Assembly: GCF_037042905.1 (NCBI RefSeq)
Contig: NC_087251.1
Coordinates: forward strand, 16,742,001-16,806,000
Length of the DNA stretch: 64,000 bases
Source of the DNA: Lytechinus pictus
Taxonomy: Eukaryota
Direction: 5' to 3'
The position numbers and the translations under genes are program-made. Below are positions 24,241 to 37,336 of this stretch, piece after piece. Position 1 is the first letter of the stretch. Every line of letters starts with the position of its first letter. The notes under the pieces were generated by a model. It saw nothing but the letters and a program-made list of their open reading frames with translations. It was not told the origin of the DNA and made no database searches.

Positions 24241-25812
24241 ATTCTTGCTCCCTTAGTCGGGTCCAATGGACATGCTGTCCATAACTCTGCATCGTTTGTT
24301 GATTTCCTGCGCAGCGAAACCATACAGGAACACGAGGTCATGGTTTCATTTGATGTGGTGTCATTGTTTACCAATGTACCCATCGACGCCGCATGCAAGG
24401 TCGCACTTAACAGACTCGAACGCGATGAGAGTCTACCCGAGCGCACACAGTTATCTCCGGCCCAGGTAACTGAGCTTTTGAGTTTTGTTTTACAATCTAC
24501 GTATTTTATGTTTGCCGGCAATTTCTACGAACAGCAAGAAGGAGCAGCCATGGGCAGCCCTGTTTCCGCAGTAATCGCTAACCTGTTCATGGAAGCTTTT
24601 GAGGAACGCGCGCTGAGTATTTGCCCGCCCGACTGCGCCCCTAGAGTTTGGAAGCGATACGTAGATGACACGTTTATTATCACGCATAGATCCGCCGCCG
24701 ATGACCTTTTGAGCCACATGAATTCGCAGCAGCCATCCATCCGTTTCACCATGGAGATGGAGTGCAACGAGCGCATTGCCTTTCTAGACACTATGGTGCA
24801 CCGTGACACCAGCGGCCGATTGTACACCACCGTATACAGGAAGCCCACGCACACCGATCAGTACATTGCTTATGATTCGCATCACCCGAAGTCCGTTAAG
24901 CGCGGTGTAGTGAAGTGTCTTTATGACAGAGCTTCACGCATCGTTACTAAGCCCCATTGCACAGCTACAGAGAAGCAACACATCACCTCGGCTCTTATTT
25001 CTAACGGTTACCCGCGCTCCTTCGTTAACCGCGTTGCTAAGAGGAAGAGCGCTCCGTCCGAACAGCCTGCGCAATTCAAATCCGCTATAGTAATCCCATT
25101 TGTTGATGGTATCGCGCATCTTCTCCGCCGGCGCTTGGAGAAGCATGGCATCCGAGTTATATTCAAGTCCGACAGCATCCGCAGCCAGCTGGTCCGTCCG
25201 AAAGACCGCCCGATCCCCGACAGACGCGATGGGGTTGTTTATAAGATCCCATGCTCGACTTGCGACAAAGTCTACATCGGTGAGACTGGTAGACCTGTGG
25301 GGGAACGCATGAAGGAACATCGCCGTGATGTTCGGCTTAGGCGCACTGATAGCTCTGCTGTTGCAGAACATGCTTGGGACTCCGATCATCCACCTAACTG
25401 GGATGAGGTCAGCTGCATTGCTCATGATAAGCATTGGTATACGCGGCGCGTTAAGGAAGCGATTCAGATCCGTTTGCACCCGAGCAATATCAATAGGGAC
25501 AGCGGCATTGAGATCCCTGATGCATGGTTACCGGCCATCCGACGGCATACTGCATCCACCGTTCAGAGCGCACGGCGCCCGCACCAGCAGGTGCCTGACA
25601 CCAGCGCAGATGCTGATTGGCCGGCCGCATCGGCCAATCACAGCGCACGGTGCACGCTCCAGCGGGCACCAAGCACCAGCGCGGACCCTGATTGGCCAGC
25701 GGCTTCGGCCAATCACAGCGCGGCTCACGCCCGAGTGGAGCCGGACAATAGCTCCCGACGCTATATAACCCGTGCGCAGCAGCGTCTTTGCTCATTGCCT
25801 GACGAAGTCTAG
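24241..25812 (+). CDS. Penelope-type reverse transcriptase / GIY-YIG endonuclease (N-terminally truncated)
   Basis: SFDVVSLFTNVP, GAAMGSPVSAVIANLFME, WKRYVDDTF, FLD, VYRKPTHTD and GVVYKIPCSTCDKVYIGETGR...RMKEH. No stops over >520 codons. Confidence 0.9.
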   Translation: MLAPLVGSNGHAVHNSASFVDFLRSETIQEHEVMVSFDVVSLFTNVPIDAACKVALNRLERDESLPERTQLSPAQVTELLSFVLQSTYFMFAGNFYEQQEGAAMGSPVSAVIANLFMEAFEERALSICPPDCAPRVWKRYVDDTFIITHRSAADDLLSHMNSQQPSIRFTMEMECNERIAFLDTMVHRDTSGRLYTTVYRKPTHTDQYIAYDSHHPKSVKRGVVKCLYDRASRIVTKPHCTATEKQHITSALISNGYPRSFVNRVAKRKSAPSEQPAQFKSAIVIPFVDGIAHLLRRRLEKHGIRVIFKSDSIRSQLVRPKDRPIPDRRDGVVYKIPCSTCDKVYIGETGRPVGERMKEHRRDVRLRRTDSSAVAEHAWDSDHPPNWDEVSCIAHDKHWYTRRVKEAIQIRLHPSNINRDSGIEIPDAWLPAIRRHTASTVQSARRPHQQVPDTSADADWPAASANHSARCTLQRAPSTSADPDWPAASANHSAAHARVEPDNSSRRYITRAQQRLCSLPDEV

Positions 25813-25836
25813 CAGCTTGCAGATGAAACGTCGCTT
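25795..25836 (+). ncRNA. Minimal hammerhead ribozyme of the Penelope pLTR
   Basis: CTGACGA (25799-25805), extra A, stem II GTCT(A)GCA-gct-TGCAGAT, then GAAAC-GTC. Stem I is short (gc/gc). Confidence 0.65.
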
Positions 25837-26661
25837 TCACACTACGTTTGCTACATCGTGAGACAACTGGTTAATTTCTTCTACTCAATATCATACCATT
25901 TTGATATTCATGAAGCATAAATATGAAGTATTTCAAATTTCAGATGATTGAATATGGAAGATTGATATCACATGTCATGCCCGTCCATTTACCTTCACAC
26001 AGTCTCCTTTCACTACAAAAGAATAATATACAGTCTGTTAAATGTCATTTGATTTCACAGAACTTTCTACTGCTTTGCTTGTTAAACCCTAATAAGACTG
26101 GGGGGCTGATTTAGCCCCTTTACATTTTTCGCGATAAATTTTTCACGCCGCTCGCTGACTTTTTAATTTCAAGTCTCGTGCAGCATTTAAGACCAAATAT
26201 CTGACCCCTGGTACAGGGTTCCGAAATTACATAACATTTTGTAAGTGCATGCAGACCCAAAATTGTAATGATCATGCAACTTTTGTAGGGTTAATTGTAC
26301 TGGCTTTATTCAACTAAACATGACACCAGGGTGGTCTTGGCCAAATAGAATGTTGTCCTCATAATTCTTCTCTTGTCTTGTTAATGTAGATCTGCCAAGG
26401 GATATTTCAGTTCATACAGATTGTCATAGAGATCCCTTCTTTGGGTTCAGATTTAAAGAAAATAATTTATTTCATGCAGCAAGTCATTTTGATTTATTTC
26501 AATTCATTTCATTCCAGTTTAATGTAATATCATTGGATGCATTTCAATATAATTCATTTCAATCCGAATCTATCACTTTCATTGAATTTTGATTGAATTA
26601 ATGATGAATCATCCCAGCCTCACTGTTTTTCCCTCTCTCTCTTCTCTTTTCCCCCATGTAG

Positions 26662-26732
26662 ACAAATGTACCTATTGTTGTCATTTGATAGCTGAGCATG
26701 AACACACATTCACAATAGAAGGGGAGTATCAG
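26662..26732 (+). CDS. CHURC1: Churchill exon 3
   Basis: TAG acceptor; HKCTYCCHLIAEHEHTFTIEGEYQ; GTGAGT donor. Confidence 0.92.
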
Positions 26733-28606
26733 GTGAGTCACGGAATCTAGATGAAATTTTTGCCCTTTATAAGATCTGTGTAGGTTATAACTTTTTCACT
26801 TGACAGTTCTGGGAGTGTTTCACAATTTTCTTAAGTGCCATCAGTTATGCTACATATTTAACAAATCGTGTTGTTGCAGGAACGCCCTAAGCACCATACA
26901 TTGAATGTGCACAGAAAAGTCCTTAGATGTAGTTGCGTGCATAAGGGAATTGCGCAAGGGCATTTCTGCACCGATAAGGTGCGCGGAACTGGTGCTAAGG
27001 GCGCTCCTGCACCGACACAACGAAATAATCTTTGGAGCAAATGCTAACTCATGAACACAGATTTCATTTTTCTAATTGATTATTCAAAGTTGACCACTAT
27101 TTGATATTTTACTCTTTTGTGTTGTAAAAAATAGAATTATTTATATAATATGAATCCAAATGAATGATGGTATCAAAAATACAATTGAAATAAAAGCCAA
27201 TATCCAATTTAAATTGGGATTTTCTAGAAATATTTTCTTCACATTTGCTTGTCCAATTTAAAGATTTATGCTGACCAGCCAAGTTAAACTGCTTTTAATA
27301 TAGAATGGTAAATTTACTTCCTAGAAATGGTATCAAATTCTTTTATACAATTTTCTTAATTTGTGATTTTATTATTAAAGATGCAGTTACACCAACACTA
27401 AAATTTCTTCAAGGAGACTTTGTATTCTATTAGGTATTCAAAGAATGTGCAAGGTCTAATAAACCTAATCCGATAAGTTATTCACATTAATTTGGAAGGA
27501 TTTTTTTTTATTCAACAATTTTTGACACGGCTAGTAGACTGCTTGCCTGAATGGTCTGAGTCTTTTAGATAGTTTTCCCTTATAAAGGATAGCCACTCTG
27601 CTCCTTCCTATGTTTTCCTTTCTATTTCATTGGTTTTTCATAATTTAAAGCTAAAATGTCCACTTTACAATTGAGATCATAATAATGTGAAAGGACACTT
27701 TTGGCTGATTGGTTGTATTATTGTGGTTGTCCATCTGGAGCCTGGAGAGCCACGTTAAAAAAAACACCTTTCTCTCTTTGTGGACAAAAATGGCCACTCC
27801 ATGCCCTCATGCATTGTGTTTCATAAAACTGTAAATGATGCATGACTTCATGCATGGCTGACAAACTTTTCCTGTGCTAAACAAGATACAGTCCCCATTT
27901 TTTTGGGGGGGATGGGGATTTCTTCAATTCTTTTGATTCAATCATTAAAAAATCAAGATATGTACAAATAATACTTGTATAACAGTCATTGCTTAAACAT
28001 AATGTGAGTGCATTTCCTATACCCCTATTTTTGTTTTAATATTGAATTTTCCATTTAGATGCTTGTTAACAATGAGAATTTTCATGTACAAAGATTAGAT
28101 TTTAGGTTTAGACAACAGGAATCATAATGATTGAGAATATCACATGAGAAAGTGTCACCAGTTGTCCATAAAGTTGTATGTAATGTACAAGCAGCTTTGT
28201 GAATACCACCCTGTTTTCTTGCAATCAAGTCATTCTAGTATAATATAAACTGCCATCAATTAATGAATGATATTTTCAGGAATTACAAAGAAAATAATCT
28301 AGTTAACTCTCATACATTTATATAGCGCTGTGATCTATGGGATTTAGATTGAATTTTCTGTTTGATGGACCCTATTTAGAATCATTTAAACCTGAACTCT
28401 TTGTTTACAAATTTTCTCTTTGAAAATTACTAGGGTAGGTGCTAATTTCATTTTTATTGTGGTGGAAATGAGCAAAACAGTTTATCTATTTTTTTTATTA
28501 AAATAATTTGTACAAGGATATGATTTAATACATCACTGCAGAAAATTTGAAAATATAAAACATGAATATACCTAATTTCTCTCTCTCCTATCTCATTCTT
28601 TCATAG

Positions 28607-28699
28607 GAATATGCCATGTACTGTTTACTGTGTGGGGTCGGGAATGACACTGTTAGTGTCCAACCAGTTGATCCAAGAAAAGAGACAGCCCTCTTCTAG
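28607..28699 (+). CDS. CHURC1: Churchill exon 4 (terminal)
   Basis: TAG acceptor; [30 protein letters not shown]. Matches the Churchill C-terminus. Confidence 0.92.
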   Translation, partial: EYAMYCLLCGVGNDTVSVQPVDPRKETALF

Positions 28700-29486
28700 C
28701 CAGCAACCCTGAGATACTCCCAGTATAAAAACGTTTGCCAATACAACAATTTGTCCATGAACTGGAAGGAGACAAAATGGCACCTTAGAGATCAGAAGAG
28801 GGTGTAGATAGAACTGGAGGAGTACACAGTGGCTATGTTTGATCTTTGCGAGTCTTGGACGTCGTAGGATTAGGCGATGACAAGAGTGTTTGAAAATAAT
28901 CTGGGCAATTATTTAGCCAAGAGTGTCATACAATGTTACATGTGCAGGATCAGGGAATGGCCAATTCAAGAGCGAAGGTTGTGCATGTATGGGCCTTTTC
29001 ATACGTTATTGTCACTCACTATAGAGAGTGCTATCAGTAGCCAGTGACGATCAGTAACTTTTCCTTCACATGTTATCGCCACTTGTAATAGGTTAGCTTT
29101 TTTAATGCTCCTCATCAAGACCATTGCTTAATGCACGTTGTCCATAGTTACATATGATACGCCACACTTATAGTGCACTGTGCATTACAAGGCATTACAC
29201 ATGATTACACATGATATTAGTTCCGCCCAGTTATTATCGCCACTTGACATCAGCGATTGATCACACATCTTGACATCAGTGATGATCACACATTCATTCA
29301 GACATTATCACCTCTTGTTATCTAAGGTCACAAATATAGCAGGAAGTGGTGTTTGATCGTGACATTTTGATTCATGAGGAAGCATTTACATGTAGATACA
29401 AATATGGATAATGTGTCACCATTGGCAACTTATCGCGAGTGGTGATAATATCTGGAAGTGGTAGATCTTACAGGAAATGTACATCT

Positions 29487-29760
29487 GGGGCCCGTCTTAC
29501 AAAGAGTTGTGATTGATCCGATCAATCAAAACTATGGAAAGCCAGCAAAGTCAACATATAATATGCATGTTTTTTTCATATTTTTTTCTAGTTTTCATTG
29601 TATATCCATAAATTAATTGATTTCTTGATAATTTGGTGTGTTCTCCTTTGTTTACAAAGGACATTTTGCAAATTTCCTGTTTAAAACATTATGACACTGA
29701 TGGATTTCCATAGAGTTACGATTGATTGGATCAATCGTAACTCTTTGTAAGACGGGGCCC
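29487..29760. mobile_element. MITE family A, copy 3
   Basis: TIRs ggggcccgtcttacaaagagttgtgattgatcc / ggatcaatcgtaactctttgtaagacggggccc. Confidence 0.85.
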
Positions 29761-30161
29761 TTTTTGGCAGGACAGGGCTTTGCTTCAAGCCAACTGCCCA
29801 ATTTATTTGGTGCTAGAGAATAATAGAGAATATATGCTTTCATAGAATAAAAATATATAATTGAGTATTATTTATACCAAGCAGATTGTATTATTTTTTT
29901 TTGCATTAAGTGTTATTTCACTTCATATTGCTTCACATAGTTTGGTGCTAGAAAATGTTTTAGTGATTTTTCACTCTTTATTTAGTGAGTTTTATCTGAA
30001 ACACTGGAAGTTTTGGGATGTATGGCCATTTTGATTGATAAATAGACTCAACTGCATAAGTGCAGTATGTATTCGATATTCAACATGTAATCCCATTATG
30101 TAGAAGTCACTAATGTGAGTTTAATTTGAAGTCACATTGAATTCTTAGTGAACCAATTCCG

Positions 30162-31850
30162 CTGGGGCCTGTTGCATTAGTTTTCTTATGTGTTAAGTGC
30201 CAATGGCAAAATTTTGTTTGCCAGAGTTATTGTTTATTTGCCAGATCTTATTGATGGCAAAAGTTTTAATGCAACAGCCCCCTGGTACATGTAGGATTCA
30301 TAGTTCTTAAAAAAGGACAGTGTTTTATATTTTTCTATATTAATGTATAATTTGTATAAAACTGGATGGTAAGATCATGAAATAGGATTATAAATTTTGT
30401 TTTCTTACATCGAGCCTTCACCGATTTTTTTTTAATGGAAAAGGATGATTATCTGTAAAAACAAAAAGAATGTATGCAGGTGTTGCAGGAAATTATATAC
30501 CCTGAAATTTCATTGGAGTTGATAAAGCTCAGAAGATAAGGAATAAGCAAGTACAAATTGCAAGTTGTCTTTGCACACTTTGTGTGACACTTGCATACTT
30601 ATTCTCATTATTAATATCCTTGTATCATTGATTATCTTGAAAAAGTGCACTATTTTTTTTATCCAGGTGGCCGTTTCATAAAGCTGTTTGTAAGTTATAC
30701 ATGACTTTATACACGACTGGTGACGCATCTTTGTGTAAATGATATACCCCAAATTTTCATTGGTGTTGATATAGCTCCCAGGTGAGTCACTAGTCATGCT
30801 CAAGTCTTTGGAACTTACAAACGGCATTATGAAACACCCCCTGTTATCATTATGTGAATTGCATTATTTGAGCTGCTTCTAACTTTGTATTACTATACCC
30901 AGTCACTGAAATTATATTTAATATATGTGTATGTTTTCATGACAACATGACTTCACATTAATTTAATAAATTTTGTTCTTGTAATTTATGATTAGAATGT
31001 GTTTTGTTGATCATGCTTTAAAGTTTGATGTTTGGTTTGATTTGATGAAGTAAAAATGACAATGACAACCAGAGTCTTGAGGCATGCTCAAAATGTTATC
31101 CTGAAGCTCGAAACTGCTTTGTATATCTTACAAGGCAGTTATAGGTTTCTTCTCCCATAGAATTTTGTAAACAGTGAGGATACACACATGGAAAACATGT
31201 GACACTCCACAAATTTAGAAATGAAAAATGATCACAAATATATTTTCCATAAAATTGTAGTCCTTTTAATATTGACAAATGCAGTTAACATATGTACAAT
31301 TGTTCTGCAGGTCACCCAGTTCTTTGCATCTTCTTTAGGTACATGGGAACAGGAGGTACATCCTGCTTTGTCCTATCATTAATACTTAATAACCTCTGAT
31401 AGAGCCTGATCTTCAACATTTTGCATGTTTGTTACGATTTAGAAAAGGCATACAATAATTAGGAATTTCTAAATGCTATTTTGCTTGGAATAAATGAACA
31501 TTGAATTTTGAATAAAAACTTGAAGGTCCACTACAAATCATATCCATAGCCAATACACATTTCCTTGAAAAATCTATATTCATTTTTTAAAACCTCATTT
31601 AATAATAATGGACTTGCCAATTTGATTAAGGTAAACAGATATTGTGATAACTCAATTTATTCTATTTTTTGTCATTATACAAGGCGATCTGGGCCCCATT
31701 TCATAAAAAGTTGATTTGACAGCAAGTCTTACTGGAATGTCAACTACCATGACAACAATTAGAACTATACTTCCTGCTTGGCTCTTCCAATGAAAGTTGA
31801 TATTCCAGCAAGAGCTGTTTTCGTAGCAACATTTTATGAAATGGGACCCG
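30162..31850. mobile_element. Cluster of three short GG..CC-ended MITEs (~30165-30281, ~30663-30843, ~31690-31850)
   Basis: TIR pairs gggcctgttgcatta/taatgcaacagcccc (CTG on both flanks), ggccgtttcataa/ttatgaaacacc and gggccccatttcataaaa/ttttatgaaatgggaccc. Confidence 0.6.
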
Positions 31851-32925
31851 GGTATTTCAACTTCACTTACTTGATGAAAACTTAATCAATATGAAGATTA
31901 TTGAATAAAATAAACTGAACATGACATACAATTTAACAATAAAAACACAGCCTTGTACTTTCCTTGTAATCTTTGTTCCTGAGTTATATTTAGTCATTAA
32001 GAGGATATGAAATCAGGTGATAAACTATTCTCTATTTGTCATAAATTGTCAAAATACTTTTTTAATGCATTTTTACCAATTTCTCTTTTGAAATGTATTT
32101 TTTCAGTCATGAATATATAAAACACAAAATTTACTTTAAAAAAAATTATAAAATCTCCAGTTCCAACTCTTGATTAAATTCAAATAGTGTTCTGTTTCTT
32201 CATGAACCACTCTTTGCTAAATAAATGCAAACATTTGATGCAGATATTAATTAGAAATACCATATTGTACATGAACCTAACCTTAGGGCTTTGGTACTGT
32301 ATATATCTGAATTTATTCAAGAAGTTGGTTTAACATCGTCAAACTCTTGTTTCAGTAAAAAGTTTACAATTCTCAAATCTTATAAAAAGCTTGTTAAAAT
32401 GTAGGCTTATGCAAGTTTTTCTTTTAGGATAAATTACATTGAAATTCGATTTTTTCTTTTATACCAATAATATATTGTAAAAACCTCTAACACTCCATTT
32501 CAGATATAGAAATCTCTTAATGAAAGGTCTTATGTTGGCTTTATTGTACAAAACATTATGTTCACTATTAAAGTAACATTGTACCAGAACAAGCAATACA
32601 ACTCTACTCAAGATGTCCAGAATTTTCGGTCATTATAATTGCAGCTATGCACTAAAGAATTGAAGAATTATTGTGTGGGACTATTCATTAAATCTGCAGA
32701 ACTCAAATTTTATCATTCTGCTGTTATTCAAATCCAAATCACAACAAATCTTCTGAATATGCAGTGTTGTGCACGGCCTTGTATGATAAACCAGAGAAAT
32801 GTGTTCATTTTACTTAGGTATTCAATCCTCTTCATTCAAAATTGGTCAATACCTGGTTCTAGAACTTTATCAGAATAACCAATGTTGGTATAAACTGTTG
32901 CTAAATAGTATATGATCTTGGAAGG

Positions 32926-33310
32926 TTAAAGTGATTGGTTAACATTGGTTTGACTTTTAAAAAATCTGAGCTAGAAGGTCACACTTGTCACCTGTGTCTG
33001 TGATATGTTACAAAAATGAAGCCCGGAAAAATTGCGTTCGAAAATAATTATTTAGCGCTTCAAAACTTGAAATATAAAGTGACCGTAAACACCATCTTAA
33101 TTTCATCCCATACACTTATGTGTACTATTTAGGCGTCTATAAGACGCCTATTTACAAAATCGGGGTTTGCCTTGTAGTTTTAGCTTTTCACTCTCAATAA
33201 TGGTTGTTTTCAGGGTTTATTAGTTCTAATACATGCACTTGTACACATGTTTCATCTTGGTTTGAGAATTTTTTAAATCGGCTGCTCACAAAGTTAAACA
33301 ATACCTTTAA
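32926..33310. mobile_element. TTAA-flanked non-autonomous element (Kolobok-like)
   Basis: Imperfect TIRs ttaaagtgattggttaac / gttaaacaatacctttaa bounded by TTAA. Confidence 0.5.
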
Positions 33311-33920
33311 TCAGAGGAAACTGGGCATTCATTCACACAAACAAAATCAACCCATCCTGAAATTTAGTGCAAATATTCAATAACATTATTACTCAAATGA
33401 ATTTGAAAAAAAAAAACAGTATAATGATTGGTCTTGTAGGATAAATGAGAAAAAAATGAGTAGAATCATATCATCTAAATGAAAAATACCAACCAAGTTT
33501 AAGCAATATTTTTGTTTTTTTTAAAAGAGTCAAAGATAAAAAAATTAATTTTGTATGTCAAGCTCTATTCCAACCTTGCTGTTAAGTGCTTGGATACTCC
33601 AGTCAGATTAATTACCCCTTTAAATGCAGATTTGAGGATCATTCCGACATGTCACAACATAGCTAATCAACAATGCTCACCAATATTAGTGTACAAAGTC
33701 AATTGAAAATGAGATGTAAAAAGGCTGCAGAGGAAGGATTTTGTTTGTTGCCCATATTAAAAAGTTGCATCAGGAATAAATTCTTTAAAAAATATTAGAG
33801 CAATACAGGCTCTGTCCCTAGTTACATAGACAAACGATATCTCATGGGTTGTGGCTCAATGGCTCATGATTTTTACCGCAACTGACATGGTATAACAAAA
33901 TCAATTATGACACAATAGTT

Positions 33921-34324
33921 GGCTTTCGCAAACAGGACGGGAATGGATCATCCGGAAAAATCTCAGCAGGGGGTACCCCAATCTCAAGAAATTCCCCCGT
34001 ACTGCCGAGATGTACAACAGTACTGAGTCAAACTAGTGTTCAATTCGGCCACGATACCTGGGCATGGAATTAGCCAATCAGGGCTGTTGTTGCAATTGTG
34101 TGCGAAAAAGTAAACAAGATTCATGCATGGCATGCATAAAAGTATGTGCATAGTGCTAGCAAAGTTCATGTGTTATTATGCTGTAATTTCTGTAAACAAA
34201 TTGGCGTTTTGTATACACAACTGCAAAACTGAGATTTGGCCGAGACAGGAAGTTTGTTTGGGTACGATCGCAGTTGACTGACCTCCCTGCATTAGAGGCT
34301 CCCGTCACCATCTGCGAAAGGCCG
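33921..34324. mobile_element. Possible MITE downstream of TRMT6 stop
   Basis: Imperfect TIRs ggctttcgca..gacggga / tcccgtc..tgcgaaaggcc; interior more GC-rich than the flanks. Confidence 0.4.
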
Positions 34325-34529
34325 AAAGCCCGCTAATAATATTGTCCATAAAACTGGTCAATTCTCAAAACTTGAAGCAAATAATGCACCTTCAATACAT
34401 GAACTGGGGCTATTTGTCTCGACATGTTTTAAAAAAAAGTATTGCTAAGTCTTCTTAGCTGCATCGAATCAAAAGGAGGCTTTGCTTGCAATCTTGACTG
34501 AGGTCTTCAATCAGTGAACGTCTCATCTC

Positions 34530-34613
34530 TCACTTTCCTACATGCATCCCAGTGAGTATGTATCCTCCTGCATGGTTCATTGAAATCATGGGGTGTGTCC
34601 TGTCTGGTAGTAC
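34530..34613 (-). CDS. TRMT6: TRMT6 exon 11 (terminal)
   Basis: VLPDRTHPMISMNHAGGYILTGMHVGK*, containing the conserved QVLPxRTHP motif. Confidence 0.93.
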   Translation of the reverse strand, partial: VLPDRTHPMISMNHAGGYILTGMHVGK

Positions 34614-35015
34614 CTAGGAAAGAGTTGAGGTCAAGATGGGGTATAGGGTTGGAGGGATTGATCATTTTATTTTCAATTTTGTAAAAAAATGCATTTTACA
34701 AACCATACACTTTGAGAGCACAATCCAATCTATAGGGTTTTTTATTTCATTTTCATTTATTTTGAACGAAAAAAAAAAAAACCTATCACAATCCCACCTA
34801 CATGTATGTAGCATTTATATGATATTTCATCAAGGCAATACAAATAGATAGCTCTACACTGCATCTGTCATTCAAACAAAGCAATATCCAGATGAAAATG
34901 TAGATGCTAAAGTTAAACACACTCATTTTGGTTTTGCCCCAACACCAGTACAAGCTTTTAACGTTAAACTTGAAATCACCGGATGTCTAAATTGATGACT
35001 AAGGGTACAACTCAC

Positions 35016-35102
35016 TTGGTATTCTCTATGCCATGTTTCTGTTATGTTGAGATTGATAACTCCTCCCATCTCACGAAGCTTCACATAACATTCTACAAGA
35101 GC
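35016..35102 (-). CDS. TRMT6: TRMT6 exon 10
   Basis: ALVECYVKLREMGGVINLNITETWHREYQ. Confidence 0.93.
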
Positions 35103-35913
35103 CTATGGAGAAAATAATAGAGAATTAGTTGATTGATGAACAAAAGACTGAATAAAGGATTGGACAGCAACATAGAACAGAGGGAACATGTGGAGAGAGA
35201 TATAGATACATGAAGTATCTAAATAAATGGTAATCAGATCAACTCCTTCCAATATGCATACAAGAATAAAGATCGAAAATGATCCCTTAAACAGACCTTC
35301 GCTTATTACGAGAACAAAGTATTTCAATCTCTGTGACCATTGAACTTTTGACACTACAATCTAAGATCCATGTCACTCCCATATGCATACATAAGTAAGT
35401 TTTAATCCTCAAATTGCCCTAAGTTATCGCAAAAACATTTTCTGGTACATACTGAACTCTGTGACCTTTGACCTTTTATCTTGTAACCACCAAATTTAGT
35501 TTAGATCATCCACATGCCTAAATGCATATATTAACCTGCATACAGTAAACTAGTTTGAAGTTGATCCATCTAATGCTTCTTTAATAATTGTGAGAATGAA
35601 GATGGGGGTGGATGGGCAACCTGAAAAATAATGGCTTCGGCAACCACCTCTCAAGGTGTGTGCATAAAAGCTGATACAAATAGGAAAATAATGTTTTATT
35701 GATCAGGTACAGATAAAGAAACAGTGTAAAATACAGCACAAGTATACTTTTGATAATAAACATCAAAAGATGGCCTATGACTTGATTACATGTAAGTAGG
35801 CCAGATGAACATACAAAGACAAGACATACTAAGATGAAGGTGAAACAATAAAAGGAAGAAATATGACTCAAGGATGACCTAAGTGGAGAGAAAAGCTAAA
35901 AAAAAGTGTTTAC

Positions 35914-36016
35914 CTCTTTATAGGGAGAGAAGACAGCAAAAGGCCTTGATAAACCTAGATGGTCAATGAGCGCTAAAAGAATAGGGGCAGGGTGGAACTT
36001 TGTTGCAATCAATAAC
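35914..36016 (-). CDS. TRMT6: TRMT6 exon 9
   Basis: LLIATKFHPAPILLALIDHLGLSRPFAVFSPYKE. Confidence 0.93.
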
Positions 36017-36751
36017 CTGTTTGGTAGAAAAAAATAATTATTATTTTTCACTTTGATTTTAATTCAAAGTTATTTAATTCTCTATTTGTAAAAAGCATAT
36101 TATGAATGGGATGAACATGTAACATTTAGAAAAAAAAAGAGAAAATGACATGGGAAGGATATAAATAAAGATCCAAGGCCATATACAGACATAATTCCCA
36201 AAACATAACATACATGTAGTTAATGAAGAAACAAACAACATCAAGTGAAAATCTAATAATTTACTTCATTATGCCAGATAAAATAACTATATAGGTCTTA
36301 AAGAAAGAAACAGCTGAACCTTTTATAGTTGAAAGAATTACTGCCCAGCATTCTTATAATTCCTTCAGATTATCAATTCACACAGAGAATATAGCATAAA
36401 CTAATACATGATAGTAACAATATTAAACAGGAACAAATATCATTGATCCAAGAAATGTAATCATTATTTTAAGTAACGATTCTCCACTGGCCTATGACAT
36501 AAAACAAATTTAAAGTTTGAGCACAGCTTTAATTTTGGATGACCAAACATAAACTCAAAAAGAAGCATGAACTTGAGACTTGTGCTGGATCAAACACCAT
36601 TTTTATTACTAGAACCAGTAATTGCTAAAGTTTACAGCAGTTGAATTCATTTGTGTTGATTACTCAATAAATGAATGAAAAATTGCAAAATCTTGAGTTT
36701 GTCACTTTAAGGTATATTGTCTGAACAGATGTTGATATCATTGGAACTTAC

Positions 36752-36861
36752 GTATCCATATTTTTCTCCAGCAGCAGCTCAGTCGTTTTTGCCATTTGAT
36801 CAAGCTTCTGCCTTTTTCTTTCTCTTCTCGTCTCACCGTCTGAATCCAGAAATTTCATGAA
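36752..36861 (-). CDS. TRMT6: TRMT6 exon 8
   Basis: FMKFLDSDGETRRERKRQKLDQMAKTTELLLEKNMD; GTAAGT donor. Confidence 0.85.
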
Positions 36862-37336
36862 CTGTCAAATTGAACGAGATATAATTACAGGAGAAAACAT
36901 TAAACCAGATATTATGTATGTATTACATCATACAGAATAATAGAAAGAGAGAGAGAGAGAGGGGAGGGGAGGCCCAGACAGAAAGAGACACACATACATA
37001 AGAGAGAGGTATATATATATATAGGGAGTGAGAAAGCATTGTGTATGTATGTGCTTGGTAATATAATTTAGCAATATTTATAGATGGAAATGAAATCATG
37101 GATTTAATGTCTGTTTTAACCCATTTTCAGCTACTAAATATTCATGGTATTTTTCAAAGACGTACAATATTTCATTAGAGATCTATTACGCTAATTTTTT
37201 AAAAAAATAACCGATGATCCTCTTATAAAGCATCTAAATTCAATAAGTGAGTGATATACGTAAAAATTTATCATGGGATATATGAATTGGACTATCATAA
37301 ACTCAAAAGGAAATTGAGTTCCTTAACAAAATTTAC

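Larger units (their letters stand above)
24222..25886 (+). mobile_element. Penelope-like retroelement, 5'-truncated, in CHURC1 intron 2
   Basis: TSD aatatcataccat at 24209-24221 and 25887-25899. RT + GIY-YIG ORF, followed by 3' CCAAT repeats, TATA and a hammerhead. Confidence 0.93.
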
